From: the human T2T-CHM13v2.0 reference genome, Homo sapiens
Length of the DNA: 64,000 nucleotides
Reading direction: 5' to 3' (one strand)
Assembly: GCF_009914755.1 (NCBI RefSeq)
Contig: NC_060940.1
Positions 49,801 to 64,000 of the stretch are shown piece by piece. Positions within the stretch are counted from its first letter, which is position 1. Each line of letters opens with the position of its first letter. The position numbers and the translations under genes are program-made. Under the pieces are notes generated by a model. That model did not search any database and was not told the origin of the DNA. It saw nothing but the letters and a program-made list of their open reading frames with translations.

Positions 49801-50258
49801 TTCAAATGAAAACAATATCAAGTATTCCTTGGCTGCTGGAAGAAGTGAACTATGTAAATCTGCCCACATAGTCCCCGTGAATCTTAACTGGAAAACAGGA
49901 CTATGGGATATTGGGGATTTTATCAGCTCCTGGCAGAGAGATGTTACCATTCTAGACAGGAGCATGAAGGCAGATGCTTCTAAATTGGCAGCCAATAAAA
50001 ATTACTACAGAGTTAAACTTTTTGGACATCAGAGGGTAGAGGCACTCATGATGAATTCTGCCCTGCCACTGTGGCAAATGGCAGGCAAGTTTGTCTCACT
50101 TACACTTCTCTACCTGTTCCTCACCCAATTTAGAATAATCCCCTCTGGCACTTAAGGAGCAGGCAAGGACAAAAACACGTAACCTGACAATTGCTACTAT
50201 AGGTTCTGATACACAAACACAACAGGACATTGATGGAGTCAAAAGACTCCACCTCCAT
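46817..50258 (-). pseudogene. Candidate unidentified decayed multi-exon gene
   Basis: Canonical AG/GT-bounded exons at 47616-47720, 47276-47377 and 47088-47168 (105, 102 and 81 nt), plus a GTGAGT donor near 48032. No homolog recognised. Confidence 0.4.
49107..49475 (-). mobile_element. THE1-type solo LTR (paralog of 316-683)
   Basis: Same motifs and same flanks as copy A. Confidence 0.85.
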
Positions 50259-50948
50259 TGTTATGTGACCCTCCCGCCTTCACTGTCACCCTCCCCAAAC
50301 ACTATTATTTGAGTTTTCCTCTTTTTTTAAATTTTATTGTTTACTTTTATGTTATCTTCTATGTAAACAAAAATTTTAAAATTACACTATCCACAGGAAA
50401 GGGGAATACAAAACACCAATAAAGACTGGCACAGGTGTCTGTTGGGGATAGAAAACAGCAATGTTTTCTATCCCCAACATTTCACCCTGAGGTCTGTGCT
50501 GTCCCCTCACCTCTGTACCATCCAGCATTTGGAAAGTATTCAGGATCAGCAGCTTCCAATTGATGAAGGAGGGTGAAGTCCAAGATCAAGGTGTGGGCAA
50601 GGTGGGTTTCTTCCAAGGCCTCTCTCCTGGGGTTGTAAGTGGCTGCCTTCTCCTTGTGTCCTCACATGGCTGTTTCTCTGTGTGCACATCTGTATCCTTA
50701 TCTCCTCTTTCATGGATACATCAGTTAAATTGAATTAGGGCCCACCCTAAGGTCCTCATTTTATAAACTTTTTTATTGTAACTGATAATGATTGTCTACA
50801 TTTATGGTACTGTTTTGAAATATGCACACATTGTGAAATGGTTAACCCAAGCTAGTTGGCATATGCGTTACCTCACACACCCATCTTTTTTTGTTGTGAG
50901 AACACTCAAAATCTACTTTCTTAGCAATGTGCAAGAATAGAATAAATT

Positions 50949-51246
50949 GGCCGGGCGCGGTGGCTCACGCCTGTAATCCCAGCACTTTGGGAGGCCGAGG
51001 CGGGCGGATCACGAGGTCAGGAGATCGAGACCATCCTGGCTAACACGGTGAAACCCCGTCTCTACTAAAAATACAAAAAATTAGCCGGGCGAGGTGGCGG
51101 GCGCCTGTAGTCCCAGCTACTCGGGAGGCTGAGGCAGGAGAATGGCGTGAACCCCAGGGGGCGGAGCCTGCAGTGAGCCGAGATTGCGCCACTGCACTCC
51201 AGCCTGGGCGACAGCGAGACTCCGTCTCAAAAAAAAAAAAAAAAAA
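50949..51246 (+). mobile_element. Very young AluY-subfamily insertion with 16-bp TSD aagaatagaataaatt
   Basis: CpGs intact, perfect TSD, and an empty site in copy A (~2137-2152). Confidence 0.97.
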
Positions 51247-51941
51247 GAATAGAATAAATTAACTGTAGTCACCAAGTGCAATAGATCTCTTGCACTTATT
51301 CTTCCTGTCTAACTGAAATTTTGTATAATTTGACCAACTCCTGATTCCCCAACCTCTGCTCCCAAAGACCTCATTTTAACGTAATTACCTCTGTGATGAC
51401 ACTATCTCCAAATATAGTCACATCCTTAGGTGCTGAGTGTTAAGGTGTCAACATATGAATTTTGGGAAGCACACGATTCAGCTCACAGTAGCCTCTGTCA
51501 GGACATAACGTTTACATTGTGATCCCAGTAACCTCGCAATAGAGGGAATGACATGCAAAGATTCTGAGGAAGAAAATTCCAGGCAGGGAATTCTGTTGAG
51601 CAATGGCCCTGAAATGGGAGTGAACAGGGTGCGTTTGAGGAACCAGAGACCAGTGGCAGAGGGCATGGGGTGCAGAATGCAAAGGGAGGACATGAAGTCG
51701 CAGAGTTCCGGTGAGATATGTAAACTTGACTGTGATTTCATTTCCCATGCGGTGAGAAGTCATTGGAGGGTTTTCAGCAAGAGGCACAATCAGATTCATA
51801 TGTTTAAAAGCTTTTTCCAGTTGCTTTATGGAGAATTAATTCTAAAGAGGGCAAATATGGAAACGAGGAGCCTTTTTCGCAGGTCAGGTGGAAGTGATGG
51901 TGGCTTCGACTGAGTGATGCGGAATAAGAATGAAGCAGGTG

Positions 51942-52333
<392 letters not shown>

Positions 52334-55300
52334 TGCAAATGATTCTTTCAGGTCCTGCTTTGCATATTTAGATAGATATTCAGAAATGGGGTTGCTAGAT
52401 CATATGATAATTCCATTTTTAATATTCTTAGGAAGTTCTCTACTATTCTTCATAATGGCTGCATTATTATTTTTTTCACCACCAGTGCACAATGTTCCAA
52501 TTTCTCTACATCCTTGAAAACATTTGTTATTTTTTCTTGTTTGATAGTGACCATCCTAATGAGTGTGAGGTAATATCTCATTGGGGTTTTGCTTTTTATT
52601 TCTATAAAGATTTGTGGTTTTGAGCATCTTTTCAAATTCCTCTTGACCATTTGTATGTCTGCTTTGTAAAATCATCTGTTGAGCATTTTGCCCATTTTTA
52701 AATAGGGTTATTCACCTTATGTTGTTGAGTTGTAGAAGTTGTTTATAGATTCTGGGTATTATCTTCTATCAAATATATAATTTGGGATTTTTTATCCATT
52801 CAGCATTTTTACTCCATTCAATGTTTTTTTGATGTCCAGAAAGCTTATGTCACTTGATATAGTCCGATTTTTCTGTTTTTATTCTTGTTACTTCCGCTTT
52901 TAATGTCGTGTTTAAAAAATTACCAAGAAAAATGTCATAATTGTTTATTCTATGTTTTATTTTAAGAGTTGTATAGCTATCTTACTTACATTTAAGTGTT
53001 TAATTCATTTAAGACATTTTTATCTATGGTGCAAGTAAAAAGTCCAATTTTATTTTCTTCTATTTTGATATTCAGTTTTACAACACTATTTGTTAAAGAG
53101 TCTGTTCTTTCCCTGTTGTTTGGTCATGGAAACTTGATTAAAAATTATTTTATGATATTCATGAAAGTTTATTTCTGGGTTCTCTATTCTGTCCCATCAT
53201 TTATTTGTCTTTCTATTTGTATTGCTATAGTTTTGTAATATGTTTTGGAATCAGGAAGTGTGATACCTCTAACTTTGTTCTTTTCTGAAGCTATTTTGGC
53301 TACTCATTGTCCCTTGATATTCCATATGAGTTTTAGGAGTTAAAACAATATTTATGCAAAAAAATTCTCAGCATCCCTTCCAGCCTGGCCTTGAGATATT
53401 ATATGAATTTTAGGACTTAATATTTTTGCAAAAAATGTAGCATTGGGGTCTTGATAGAAAATACTTCAAATTTCTGCTTCACTGTGAGTAGTATTGACAT
53501 CTTAACAATATTAGGTTTTCTGTCCCTTGAACACAAGGTCAAGTGTGTGCTGTTTTAAGTTTGATATATTTTTTCGTTTGCCAGTTTTCTTCTGCTTGTG
53601 ACCTGTAGATGAGAGCTTATTATGTTGCCCAGGCTGGTCTCCAACTTTTGGCCTCAAGATATTCTCCCTCCTCAGACTCCTGATGTGTTTGGATTACATA
53701 GATGAGCCACTGCACCTGGTGTCTTTATTGTTTTTATGTTATTTTTATGATTTGAAGGTAATTTTTGGAAAATGTTTATAAATATGTTTCTGTTTAGAAG
53801 TTTTTTCAATTTTAATGTGTCAAAAACATGTACAATTTACCATCTTAAATATTTTAAGTACATAGTTAAATATTATTAAATGTATTTGCTTTGATATATA
53901 ACATATCTCTAGGATGTTTTTATGCTGCAAAACTAAAACTCAATAATCATAAAACAACAACTATCCCTTTATCTCCTCCCCTAAGGCTCTGACTAATACT
54001 ATTCTACTTTCCGTTTCTAGGAGTTTAACTACTTTAGATTTCTTATTTAGCTGGAATTACAGTGTCTGTCTTTTTGTGACTAGTTTATTTTACTTACGTA
54101 ATGTCCTCAAGATTTATCCTTAGTGTAAAAATAATCAGATCTCCTGCTTTTCCAAAGGTGAATAATATTCCATTATTTGTATATTCCAAATTGTCTTTAT
54201 CCGTTTATTCACTGAGGGACATTTGGGTTGCTTCCACCTGTCAGCCTTTGTGAATAATGCTGCAATGAATATGGATATACAAATAACTCTTCATTTGGTC
54301 ATATATATGAGTTTATTTCTGTGCCTTATTCCGGTCCATTGGTCTGTCTGTCTGCCTTTATGCCAGTACCAAATGGTTTGGTTACTATAGTTTTCTAACA
54401 CATTATGAAGTCAAGGAGTGTGATGCCTCCAATATAATTTCTTTTTTTGAAGATTGTTTGGCTTTTTATAGTCCGTTTAGAGTCCATATGAGTTTTAGAA
54501 ATGTTTTTGTATTTCTGCACATTGAAAAGGCAGTTAATATTTGATGGAGATTGCATTGAATGTGTAGATCACTTTGGGTACTGTGGACGTCTTCACAATA
54601 CTGTCTTCCAACCATTGAAGAAGAACTGCTCAAGAGTGTGTTAATTTCCACATGTTTGTAGATATTCCAGTATTTTTTCTGCTCTTAATTTCTAATACTA
54701 TTTCCTTTTAATCAAAACTGACAGTTTGTAATACTTTAATTTTTTTTTGAGACAGGGTTTTGCTCTGTTGCTCAGGCTGAAGCACAGTGGCTCAATGATG
54801 GCTAACCACAGCCTTGATCTCCCAGGCTCAATAAATCCTCCCACCTCAGCCTCATTAGTATCTGGAAGCACAGGCATGCCCAGCTAATTATTTTTATTTT
54901 ATATTTTGTAGAGACAGGGTCTCCCTATGTTGCCCAGGCTAGCCTTGAACTCCTAAACTCACTCAATCCTCCAACCTCAGCCTCCCATAATGCTGCAATT
55001 ATAGGTATGGGCTACCATGTCTGGCCCATATTTTAATATTTTAAAATTTAGTAAAACTTGTTTTGCATCCTAGTAGGTCATCTACCCAGGAGAATGTTTC
55101 ATGACCTATTGAAAAGATTGTGTATTCTGATGTTGTTGTGTGGAGTGTTTTTTTCTTTTTTCTTTTTTACTTCTTTTCACTGTAACTAGTGTTTTCTAAA
55201 TGTCTTTTAGGTTTACACAGTTTGCAGTGTTATTCAAATCCTCTGTTTTCATGTTAACATTCTGTCTGGCTTTATTATTCATTACTGATAGTGGGGTAAT

Positions 55301-55850
55301 TATGTCTCTTACTATTTTTGCATAGCTGTTTCTTTCTTCATTTGTGTCAATGTTAGCTTTACATGTCTGGGAACCATGATGTGAAGTGTGCATATATTTA
55401 TTATTAATACAACTTCCCCAGTGAATCAACTCTTTTGTCATTATATCATATCTTTCTTTGTCTCTTATATCAGTTTTGACTTAATGTGTATTTTGCAAAA
55501 TTATGACCCCTCTTGCTGTCATTTGATTGCAATTTTCCTACAAAGTATTTTTCATACTGCCATTTTTAGCCTATCTGTTTGCTTAGATCTAAAGTGAGTT
55601 TCTTATAGATAGCAAAAAATAAATCTTGTTTTTTTTTTAATCTCTTTAGCCAATGTATGTATTTTTATTGGAAATTTTACTCCATGTATATATTCATTTT
55701 AATTCTGGAAAGAATGGACTATTTCCATTTTGTTAATAGTTCTATTTGTTTGATGTGGCTATTTTATCCTATTTTTTGTTCTTATTCCCTTCCTTTGTGT
55801 TTAATTGGTATTTATGGTGACATGTTTTTATTTCTTTCTATTTTAATTTG
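52334..55850 (-). mobile_element. Old L1M fragments with nested Alu monomer (~53610-53720) and AluJ (54740-55026)
   Basis: Antisense L1 ORF2 text; the ORF at 55196-55441 resembles the endonuclease region. Confidence 0.8.
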
Positions 55851-56595
55851 CCAAGGCCAAATTGCAAGATAAAAAGTTTGCCTTTAATCCATTCTTTTGA
55901 CATCTAAGTTCTGGAAGTCAAGGCTATGGACTGATCTAAAACCATGAAGTTTTCCCTTCTGGAGCCCAATCTTGTTTGGACTGCTGCCTGATCTCTGGAG
56001 GAGTGATGAGTCCACACCAAGAAGCAGTGAATAGCAGTGATCTACCTGTGAACACTTGTTTCTGGTACGCCCCATCCATCTCTCAGGGTGCCACCTCTCT
56101 TACCCTTGAAACAGGAGAGATATTGGCAGAGAAGGGGCATTCCCTCCCATCTGGCAGAAAAGGAGAATTCAGGCCCTTTACCTCCCTAAGGTCAGAAAAG
56201 TCAGAGCTCTCAGAGATGCACTTGCAATGTGGCAGCCACTGACCACAGGGGGTTACCGAGCACCTGTATTGTATACAGTATGAACTGATATATGATGGGG
56301 AAAAATACAAGAAAGTATTTTAAAGATTTAGTTATATATATATATATCTTAAATAATTTAATTCTGATTATATGTTAAAATATTTTGGATATATTGGGTT
56401 ATCAAAATCAATTTTACTCATTTTTCTTTTTCTTTATGCTGCTACTACAAAATTTTAATTGATACACATGGCTCACATTTTACTTCTGTTACACATTGCT
56501 GCAATAGAGGGTCACCTATTTGCAAAGCTCAGTCTTCCTCAAAAGCCAAGAGGCCAGAAAGATTGTAAAATCTAAAATTTAAAAATTATTGTCAT

Positions 56596-57503
<908 letters not shown>

Positions 57504-57639
57504 TAGTGAGAAACTTAAAATTACTTATCATAACAAGACTTTAAGATTTTAAATTACCAAATAAAAAATTAAAATTATAACATGGGTACTTTCTCTAATT
57601 TTGGGGGGGTTCAAGTACCTATATTATATATTGAAACCT

Positions 57640-57956
57640 ACTGTTTCTGTAAGCCCTACTCTTAAGTCAAAACAGCCTTGATGTTATTGTGAAAAGGTAC
57701 TTAGCATTAATCCTACCCTTAGGCAAATTTATATAGTGATTTCAATTGTCCTACACATTACTTTCCTGTGATAAGTGTCTGGGTTTAGGAGGTAACAGTG
57801 CGGGGATCCACCATCTTCAGCCATCTGAGACATAGCTTCTATTTGTAAGTCCCTCTTAAATGTTTCCTTCTGAGAAACTGTCAGCCTCTTTCTTCAACCT
57901 TTCAACATCCTTGGCCTTTAAAGATAGGTTTACATATACCTACTCATGACAAAACA
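57640..57956 (+). mobile_element. ERV1-type LTR remnant (MER93-like)
   Basis: 'ggggatccaccatctt', 'aaatgtttccttctgagaaactg' and 'taggtttacatatacctactca', matched from recall. Confidence 0.4.
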
Positions 57957-58109
57957 AGGTTATATATATATGGTCTGTCCATTACTAGAACATTGTTATG
58001 TGGTTCATGACTGTAATGTGTGGCACATGTAGTTTTGTACATGAATAGTATACTTTATATAGTATATTTTATATAGCTGCTTTCTATTACACATCACTAA
58101 AATACATGT

Positions 58110-58306
58110 TCAGTAAGTGCTCACTTAATGTCATTGATAGATTCTTGGAAACTGACACTTTAAGTAAAACAATGTACTATATAATAAAACCAATTTTACC
58201 ATTGGTTAATTGATACAAACAAGAGTTAACTTCCTATGGTATGTAGTATTTTGTTTCACTTAAAGTCAGTTTCCAAGAACCTATCAATAAAGTGAGAATA
58301 TACTGT
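58110..58306. mobile_element. Palindromic MER6-family MITE
   Basis: Arms 'ttgatagattcttggaaactgacactttaagtaaaacaa' and 'ttgtttcacttaaagtcagtttccaagaacctatcaa' are reverse complements. Confidence 0.7.
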
Positions 58307-59917
58307 AATTAGTATTATAGTATATAGTACATTACTGCATTATACTATTATAGAATGTTATTGTAGTCTTAGCAGTTGGTAGGGTAATGTGTTTCAGTTT
58401 CCCCCAAGATCGCAGAATTATTCAGACAAACCAATAACAACCTCCTGTGGGAACCAGGAGCATCTCATCCCTTGATACTACAGAGCCTTCCCCGGACAAC
58501 TCCTGTTTGTTCTCTCTGCTCCCAAGAGCAATCCCTGTGTGGGTCTATTTACCTTACATAATTCCCTCTTTCCATGATTATATGTAATGAATAACTGCTG
58601 TCAATCTCATTAGTCCAGTGAGTGGTGCCATGATTTTAACTGCTCCAGTAGCCCTAGGGTGGTAATTTTTCCCTCAAACAATTCACAACACAAACTGGAT
58701 TAACCACCCATAACTGAGGACAGCTGCTCAACTGTAACTGCTTTTGGCCTACTGGTTTCATAATACATTAAAACCCACCTCAGTCAGAAGCACCAACTGC
58801 TGGTAGGCTTTTGCTTTGGTCTAAAAAGCAGTTTGGGGCCTTTATCAAGAGTTGCCTTCCCTGCCCACACTAAAGCACACTCATCACCTAGACATAAATG
58901 GTCAATTGACTCTTTTCCAACCTGATGTGTAGTCAGGTTTAGCCTGTGTTTGGCAGGCAGTTTGCTGCCTGTCAAGGCAGTGAAAACACAGCACCTTAAT
59001 CCGTCAGCACTTCAGTCCTGATTTCCAAGAGTCCGGCTATATCCCTGTGATCACTTCATCTGATCTGGTTATCATTACTAAATGCCTGGGTAGTCATCTG
59101 AACATTGTTTATTATTGCACACTCTCAGGACAGGCCCAGGGATAGTCTTTTGTAAAACTGCAGAAACAAAAGAGACTTTCACTTTAGAAAGAATTATGCA
59201 TGTCACTCAGTTGCTCTAACAAGTGCTACTGTCATGCAAGCAAGAACAGTGGCCTTCTCTTTTCTGAGCTTCTGCTTCCTTTGCTGCTGTCATGAGCTCT
59301 CCTGATGAGGTGCATATTGCTTGTGCCTTATGGTTCAGGCACTGATGAGTAATCAAAAGGAAAAAGACCATTTGCTATGAGGCCCTCCCAAAAGCCCTAT
59401 CCAGAGGGGTTTGTGGACCTTTGTAATTAGTATTATGTGTAATAAATACACATTTATTTTTTGAACAATTTTTGAGAGTTTTCATATTAGTTGTTGATTT
59501 ACTTTTATACCCCATTTAATTCTTCTCTCTCACTCTTCTCCTTCTCAGACTCAGTCATTTCACAGGTCTCTATGGCTCAGTTTATTTTCTTTAAATTTTG
59601 TAGATTTACTTTTGTACCCCATTTAAGTTTTTCTATCTCTCCCCTTTTCTCAAACTCAGTCATCCCACAGGTCTGTAAGGCTCTGTTCATTTTCCTTAAA
59701 CTTTTTAAAACTTTTCAAATTGTATCTTCAGATTGGATAATTTCTATTGCTGTGTCTTCTGTTTCTGATCTATACATAAGCTCAAATTATTATTTTTATT
59801 TCTTATTTTTATATTTGGGTATTTTTCATTTCTTTGCTGAGTTTCCACATTTGTTCATTTGTAAGAATACTTTCCTTTGTCACCATGAGCATACTTATAA
59901 TAGCTGCCTTCAAATTA

Positions 59918-60207
59918 TTTTTTTTTTTAGACGGAGTCTCATTCTTTCACCCAGACTGGAGTGCAGTGGTGCGATCTTGGCTAACCGCAACATCTGCTCC
60001 CGGGTTCAAGTGATTCTTCTGCCTCAGCCTCCTGAGTAGCTGGGACTACGGATGCATTCCACCATGCCTGGCTAATTTTTTGTATTTTTAGTAGAGACGG
60101 GGTTTCACCATGTTAGCCAGGATGGTCTCAATCTCCTGACCTCATGATCCACCTGCCTCAGCCTCCCAAAATGCTGGGGTTACAGGCATGAGCCACCGCA
60201 CCCAGGC
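59918..60207 (-). mobile_element. AluS/Y with TSD ctgccttcaaatt
   Basis: Full antisense Alu with direct flanking repeats. Confidence 0.93.
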
Positions 60208-63200
60208 TCTGCCTTCAAATTTTTGTCTGCTGATTATGTCTCAGACATTTTGGAAATGTCTACTGCCTGCTTTTTATCTTGTGTATGTATTACATTTTCA
60301 TGTGTCTTCACCCATCTCATGAATTTGAAAATTGTGCACTACAGACTGTATAGAAGAGTTATAGAGACTCTGGATTCTGTTGTGTCCCATTGAAGGGTGT
60401 TGATTTTTAAAGAGCGTGTTGATTGGGCTGGATTCTAATTTCAATGCTTATCTCTTCTATGGATGGCACAAGGGACATCCTCATTCACTTCTTATACACA
60501 CATATCTCATGTATGTATTATATATAGAAGTTTTATAATGATACATACTATTTTATTCAGTATTCATCATTTTTCTTTGTGAGAGTGTTAGTTAAACTAG
60601 CTACTTCACCATTAGTGGAAGCCGGAACCTCAGTTTTGATTTTTGGATTTAATACAAATGGTATTATATGGTATGGATAGTTTTACATCAATTTTTAAAT
60701 GCAGGATTATATTTTTGATATCCATTTATGCTGTTGCAGATATCTATACTCTGCTCATTTTTAAAAGTCCTTTCATACTTTTTGGTAAAATATACATAAA
60801 ATTAACTATTTTAACAATTTTTAATGTGCAGGTCAAAGGAATTAATCACACTCACATTGTTCTGCAACCATCATCCACATTCATAGGGATTTTTATTCAT
60901 TTTGCAAAACTGAAACTCTGTTTCTGTTAAACAAGAATCGCCCTTTACCTTCCTTTTTACCCTGGAAACTACTCTTCTACTTTGTGTTTCTGAGAATGGA
61001 ACAACCATAAGTACCTCGTATGAGTGGAACCATACAGTATAGTAAAGAAATCATGAGGAAGAATAATATACACTGTAAACATGTTTATTAATTTAAATAA
61101 CCTGATCAGTAGTACATGAGGATTATAGAGAAATATAGATACAAAAGAAAAAGCATTTAGAAGGGTGTGTTAAATTTATGACTATGATGTCTCAAGTTCC
61201 AGAAAAGTGAGGCCCCTGCCCCAGACACAGAGCTGGTCACGGTGCAGCTCAGAGCCCAGTGCAGCTGTCTGACTCCCAAAGCCCATGCTCAGCCCAAATG
61301 TCAATAAGCCCTGAGGCACTCTGCTTCTGCCAGCCCAGGCACTCAGTGGCCCTGAGATTCACCATGGCCTGTTCTTGGTCTTGAGAATGTTGCTGGCCTA
61401 CTGGGATGGGGGCTCAGCTGACAGGACAAGTAGGAGCTTCAGGAAATAGTGGCAGCTGTGAGGCTACCAGGAGCCACACCTCAGGCTTCCCACTGCCTAC
61501 CCAGGGCTCCCCATGCAACAGGTCCTAAAGTTGACCAGGGAGCCATGGCCACAGGCTCTCTGAAGCTGGCTACACAATAGAGTCCTCTCCTACCCTTGGC
61601 TAATCTGCTAGCCCCTCACTTTTTATTCTGACTGTGTCACACCATGGACTAGAACCAAACCCCAAATTCCTCCTCAGTTGGAAGAAGATAATGATCTCTT
61701 CTCACTGAAGCACCTGCATTTCTTGGGGGACTTAGATCTGGAGACCAAAGGAAGGGCAGGATTCTGACAGGTCCTGGGTGGAAGATAATAAAGGGAGCTT
61801 GCTGGGGAGGGAGGGAGAAGGGGCCAGTCTCTGGGACTTTTCTTTTAAGGGGCCCCACCCTCCCCTCCAATTCCAGGTAGAACCAACCTGTTCTCAGAGT
61901 TAGATATAAACAGTCCCTTCTCTAGGAATTTATCACTGATTCTAGTCCTCTAATCAAACTCTCCATTGGCATGGGTATCCTCCTTCTCTGTGTATCAAAC
62001 CTTCCCAGTAAATCTAAGATGCAGAAGATGGAGCCAGTGAGTGTCCTCCCCAGGGTGGTCTCTGACTTTCACATCCACACCTTCCCTCAAGGCTAGGGCC
62101 CCACCTGCTCACCTTCCTCCTTTATTAGTGTTGATTATATTTTCCTAAAAGGTAGACAGCCAAGGTCTATCAGAAAGGCACCCTGGCCCACAACTAGCCT
62201 TCATCCCCTATACTTTCTATGCTGCACCACCTCCAGGGCCGCCAGGGTCAGGGCATGTGCACAAACCAGGATTTGGACATGCATCAGGTTTTGGGCTCTA
62301 CAGAAGGGACTTGAGGCTCAGTGACCGTTTACCCTGATTCTCTGTCATGACAGACAGGGAAACTGAGGCCTTGGAAACAAAGAAGGTACTCAACCACTTA
62401 GGAACTGCCTGTCTTAGGAGGGGCCCAGTTTCTGTCTTCTCCAATGGATACCATGAAAGGCAGAGGCTGAGACTCAGTTCTGCAGCTTCACTACTCAAGG
62501 AGTAGTCTTTGATGGAGTCTCCGTTACTCATAGAAAAGATAGGCCAGACACCCCCATCACAGGGACATCACAGGTTCTAAGGAAAGGAGGTTTGCTGAGT
62601 GCTGCAATCTCAGGGCTCAGTCCAAGACTCTGTCCCCACAAGTTTCAGGATCCTGGCCCCCACCCTTCCTGCCCCAGTCTCACACACATCGATATAATCC
62701 TATAGGACAATTTCCAACATCAGCAAATCAGTGAGAATTATGCCCACAGAAGGCACAGCACCCTGTGCCATCAAGGTGGTAGCAGTGATGAGCACCAATT
62801 CTCAGCTTCCCACACAAAGCCCGTCCTTTGAACTGTCACCAACCCATGTCTCCTTGACCCCCCTACCCAATCTCCTACTTGGAGCCTCCAAGGACCCTCA
62901 GCTTCCTTACCCAAAATCTTTCCCTTCTCTTTCCACAGCTGGCCTACAAAGACACCAAGCACCTTCTAGTTATCTCTATGGTGAGATTTCAATAAGTCAC
63001 AAAGTCAGTCTTCCCCAGCCTCACTCTTCCCCAAATCTACTCTGAGCCCAGCTCTCCCAGGCTCTTTCTCTGGTCTCTCTAATGAAGGCATTCCAAGCAC
63101 TGTGTCCACAGGAGGGTAGGGCCAGAGGAGGAAGACACTGTGCTCTCTTGATGTGGAGAACTCCAGCTGGGAGGGAGAAGCCCTGTCCTTGACTCCCTGG

Positions 63201-63502
63201 TGCCCATTCTGTCCACAGGTCCACTCACCTGCTGCTGAAGCCCCATCTGGACTCTCTAAAAATGTCCCTAATTAGCAGAGTCAGAAACAGGGGCAGTGAG
63301 ACTGTGCTTCCCTCACCAAGTTACAACCCAGCCCCACCAACCTCAGATCATTGATAACTGCCTTAGTCAGCTGGTGCAATGCTTCTACCACCTCCAGTAG
63401 GCCTGGATTCTAGATTTACTTCCAGATCCAACATTCACTGCGTGTGTAACCTCGGGCATGCACCTGGGCCTCCCTGAGACTGTTTCCTCACCTGAGAAGT
63501 GT

Positions 63503-64000
63503 TGTTATACCCAACGAGTTAGAGAAAGCGCCACACTCTGAGATGAATTAAGAGTCCTTTATTAAGCCGGCGGCCAAAGAGATGGCTAACGCTCAAAATT
63601 TTCTCCGCCCCAAGGAAGGAGCTTGATTAACTTTTATACCTAGGTTTAGGAAGGTGAGGGGAACTCAAATGCAATAATTCTATAGAAGTAAAAACATGCA
63701 AGTATCAAAAAAACAAACGGTTACAAAGAGATAAACAATTTAAAAGACAAATGGTTACAAAAAGAGCAACAGTACCAGGTGCAGGGCTCTAAATCCTTCA
63801 TTATAATTAGATATAGGTGCTATGCCGGACAAGAACTCAAGGTTTTATGTTGTTGTCCCTTTGAGAAAAATCCTGGGAACTTCATACACTGTTGGTGCCA
63901 GTACCTTATCAGTTAATTGGGCTCCTTTGAAATGCTGAGGATCTGCTTAACACAGGTCAACTCCTTGCGGAAGGGGGTTGGGTAAGGAGCCCTTAGTGTC
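63503..64000 (-). mobile_element. ERV1 LTR, probably LTR6 family; runs off the window end
   Basis: 'tgttatacccaacgagttagagaaagcgccacactctgagatgaattaagagtcctttattaagccggc' is the antisense of an LTR 3' end with AATAAA. Confidence 0.7.

Noticed and set aside
61200-63300. CLUH pseudogene, expected near this cassette
   Set aside because: I could not read a convincing CLUH peptide in any frame I checked.

Overview
Primate (human-like) pericentromeric or segmental-duplication DNA, rich in Alu, L1, MaLR/ERV LTR and DNA-transposon relics. I found no intact protein-coding gene and no prokaryotic-type system. Main contents: (1) a ~9.5 kb diverged beta-satellite-related array (6828-16325) with ~1.8-2.0 kb higher-order units and a strand switch at ~13875; (2) a pseudogene cassette of a C2orf69 retrocopy (-), an AGGF1 retrocopy (-), a RARRES2 retrocopy (+) and an unprocessed 4-exon FRG2-family pseudogene (+); (3) an old direct duplication, 1-6827 versus 48790-54937, whose copies differ by Alu-associated deletions, one carrying a captured alpha-satellite fragment. 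From recall, FRG2-RARRES2P-AGGF1P is the block proximal to D4Z4 at 4q35/10q26, and its occurrence with C2orf69P suggests the 16p11 pericentromeric paralogs; this placement is an inference. The best unexplained signals are an inverted-repeat-flanked TGACATCA minisatellite and a DUX4-motif cluster upstream of the FRG2-like gene, and an unidentified decayed multi-exon gene on the minus strand (~46.8-50.3 kb). Repeat subfamily names come from recalled consensus sequences and boundaries are approximate.
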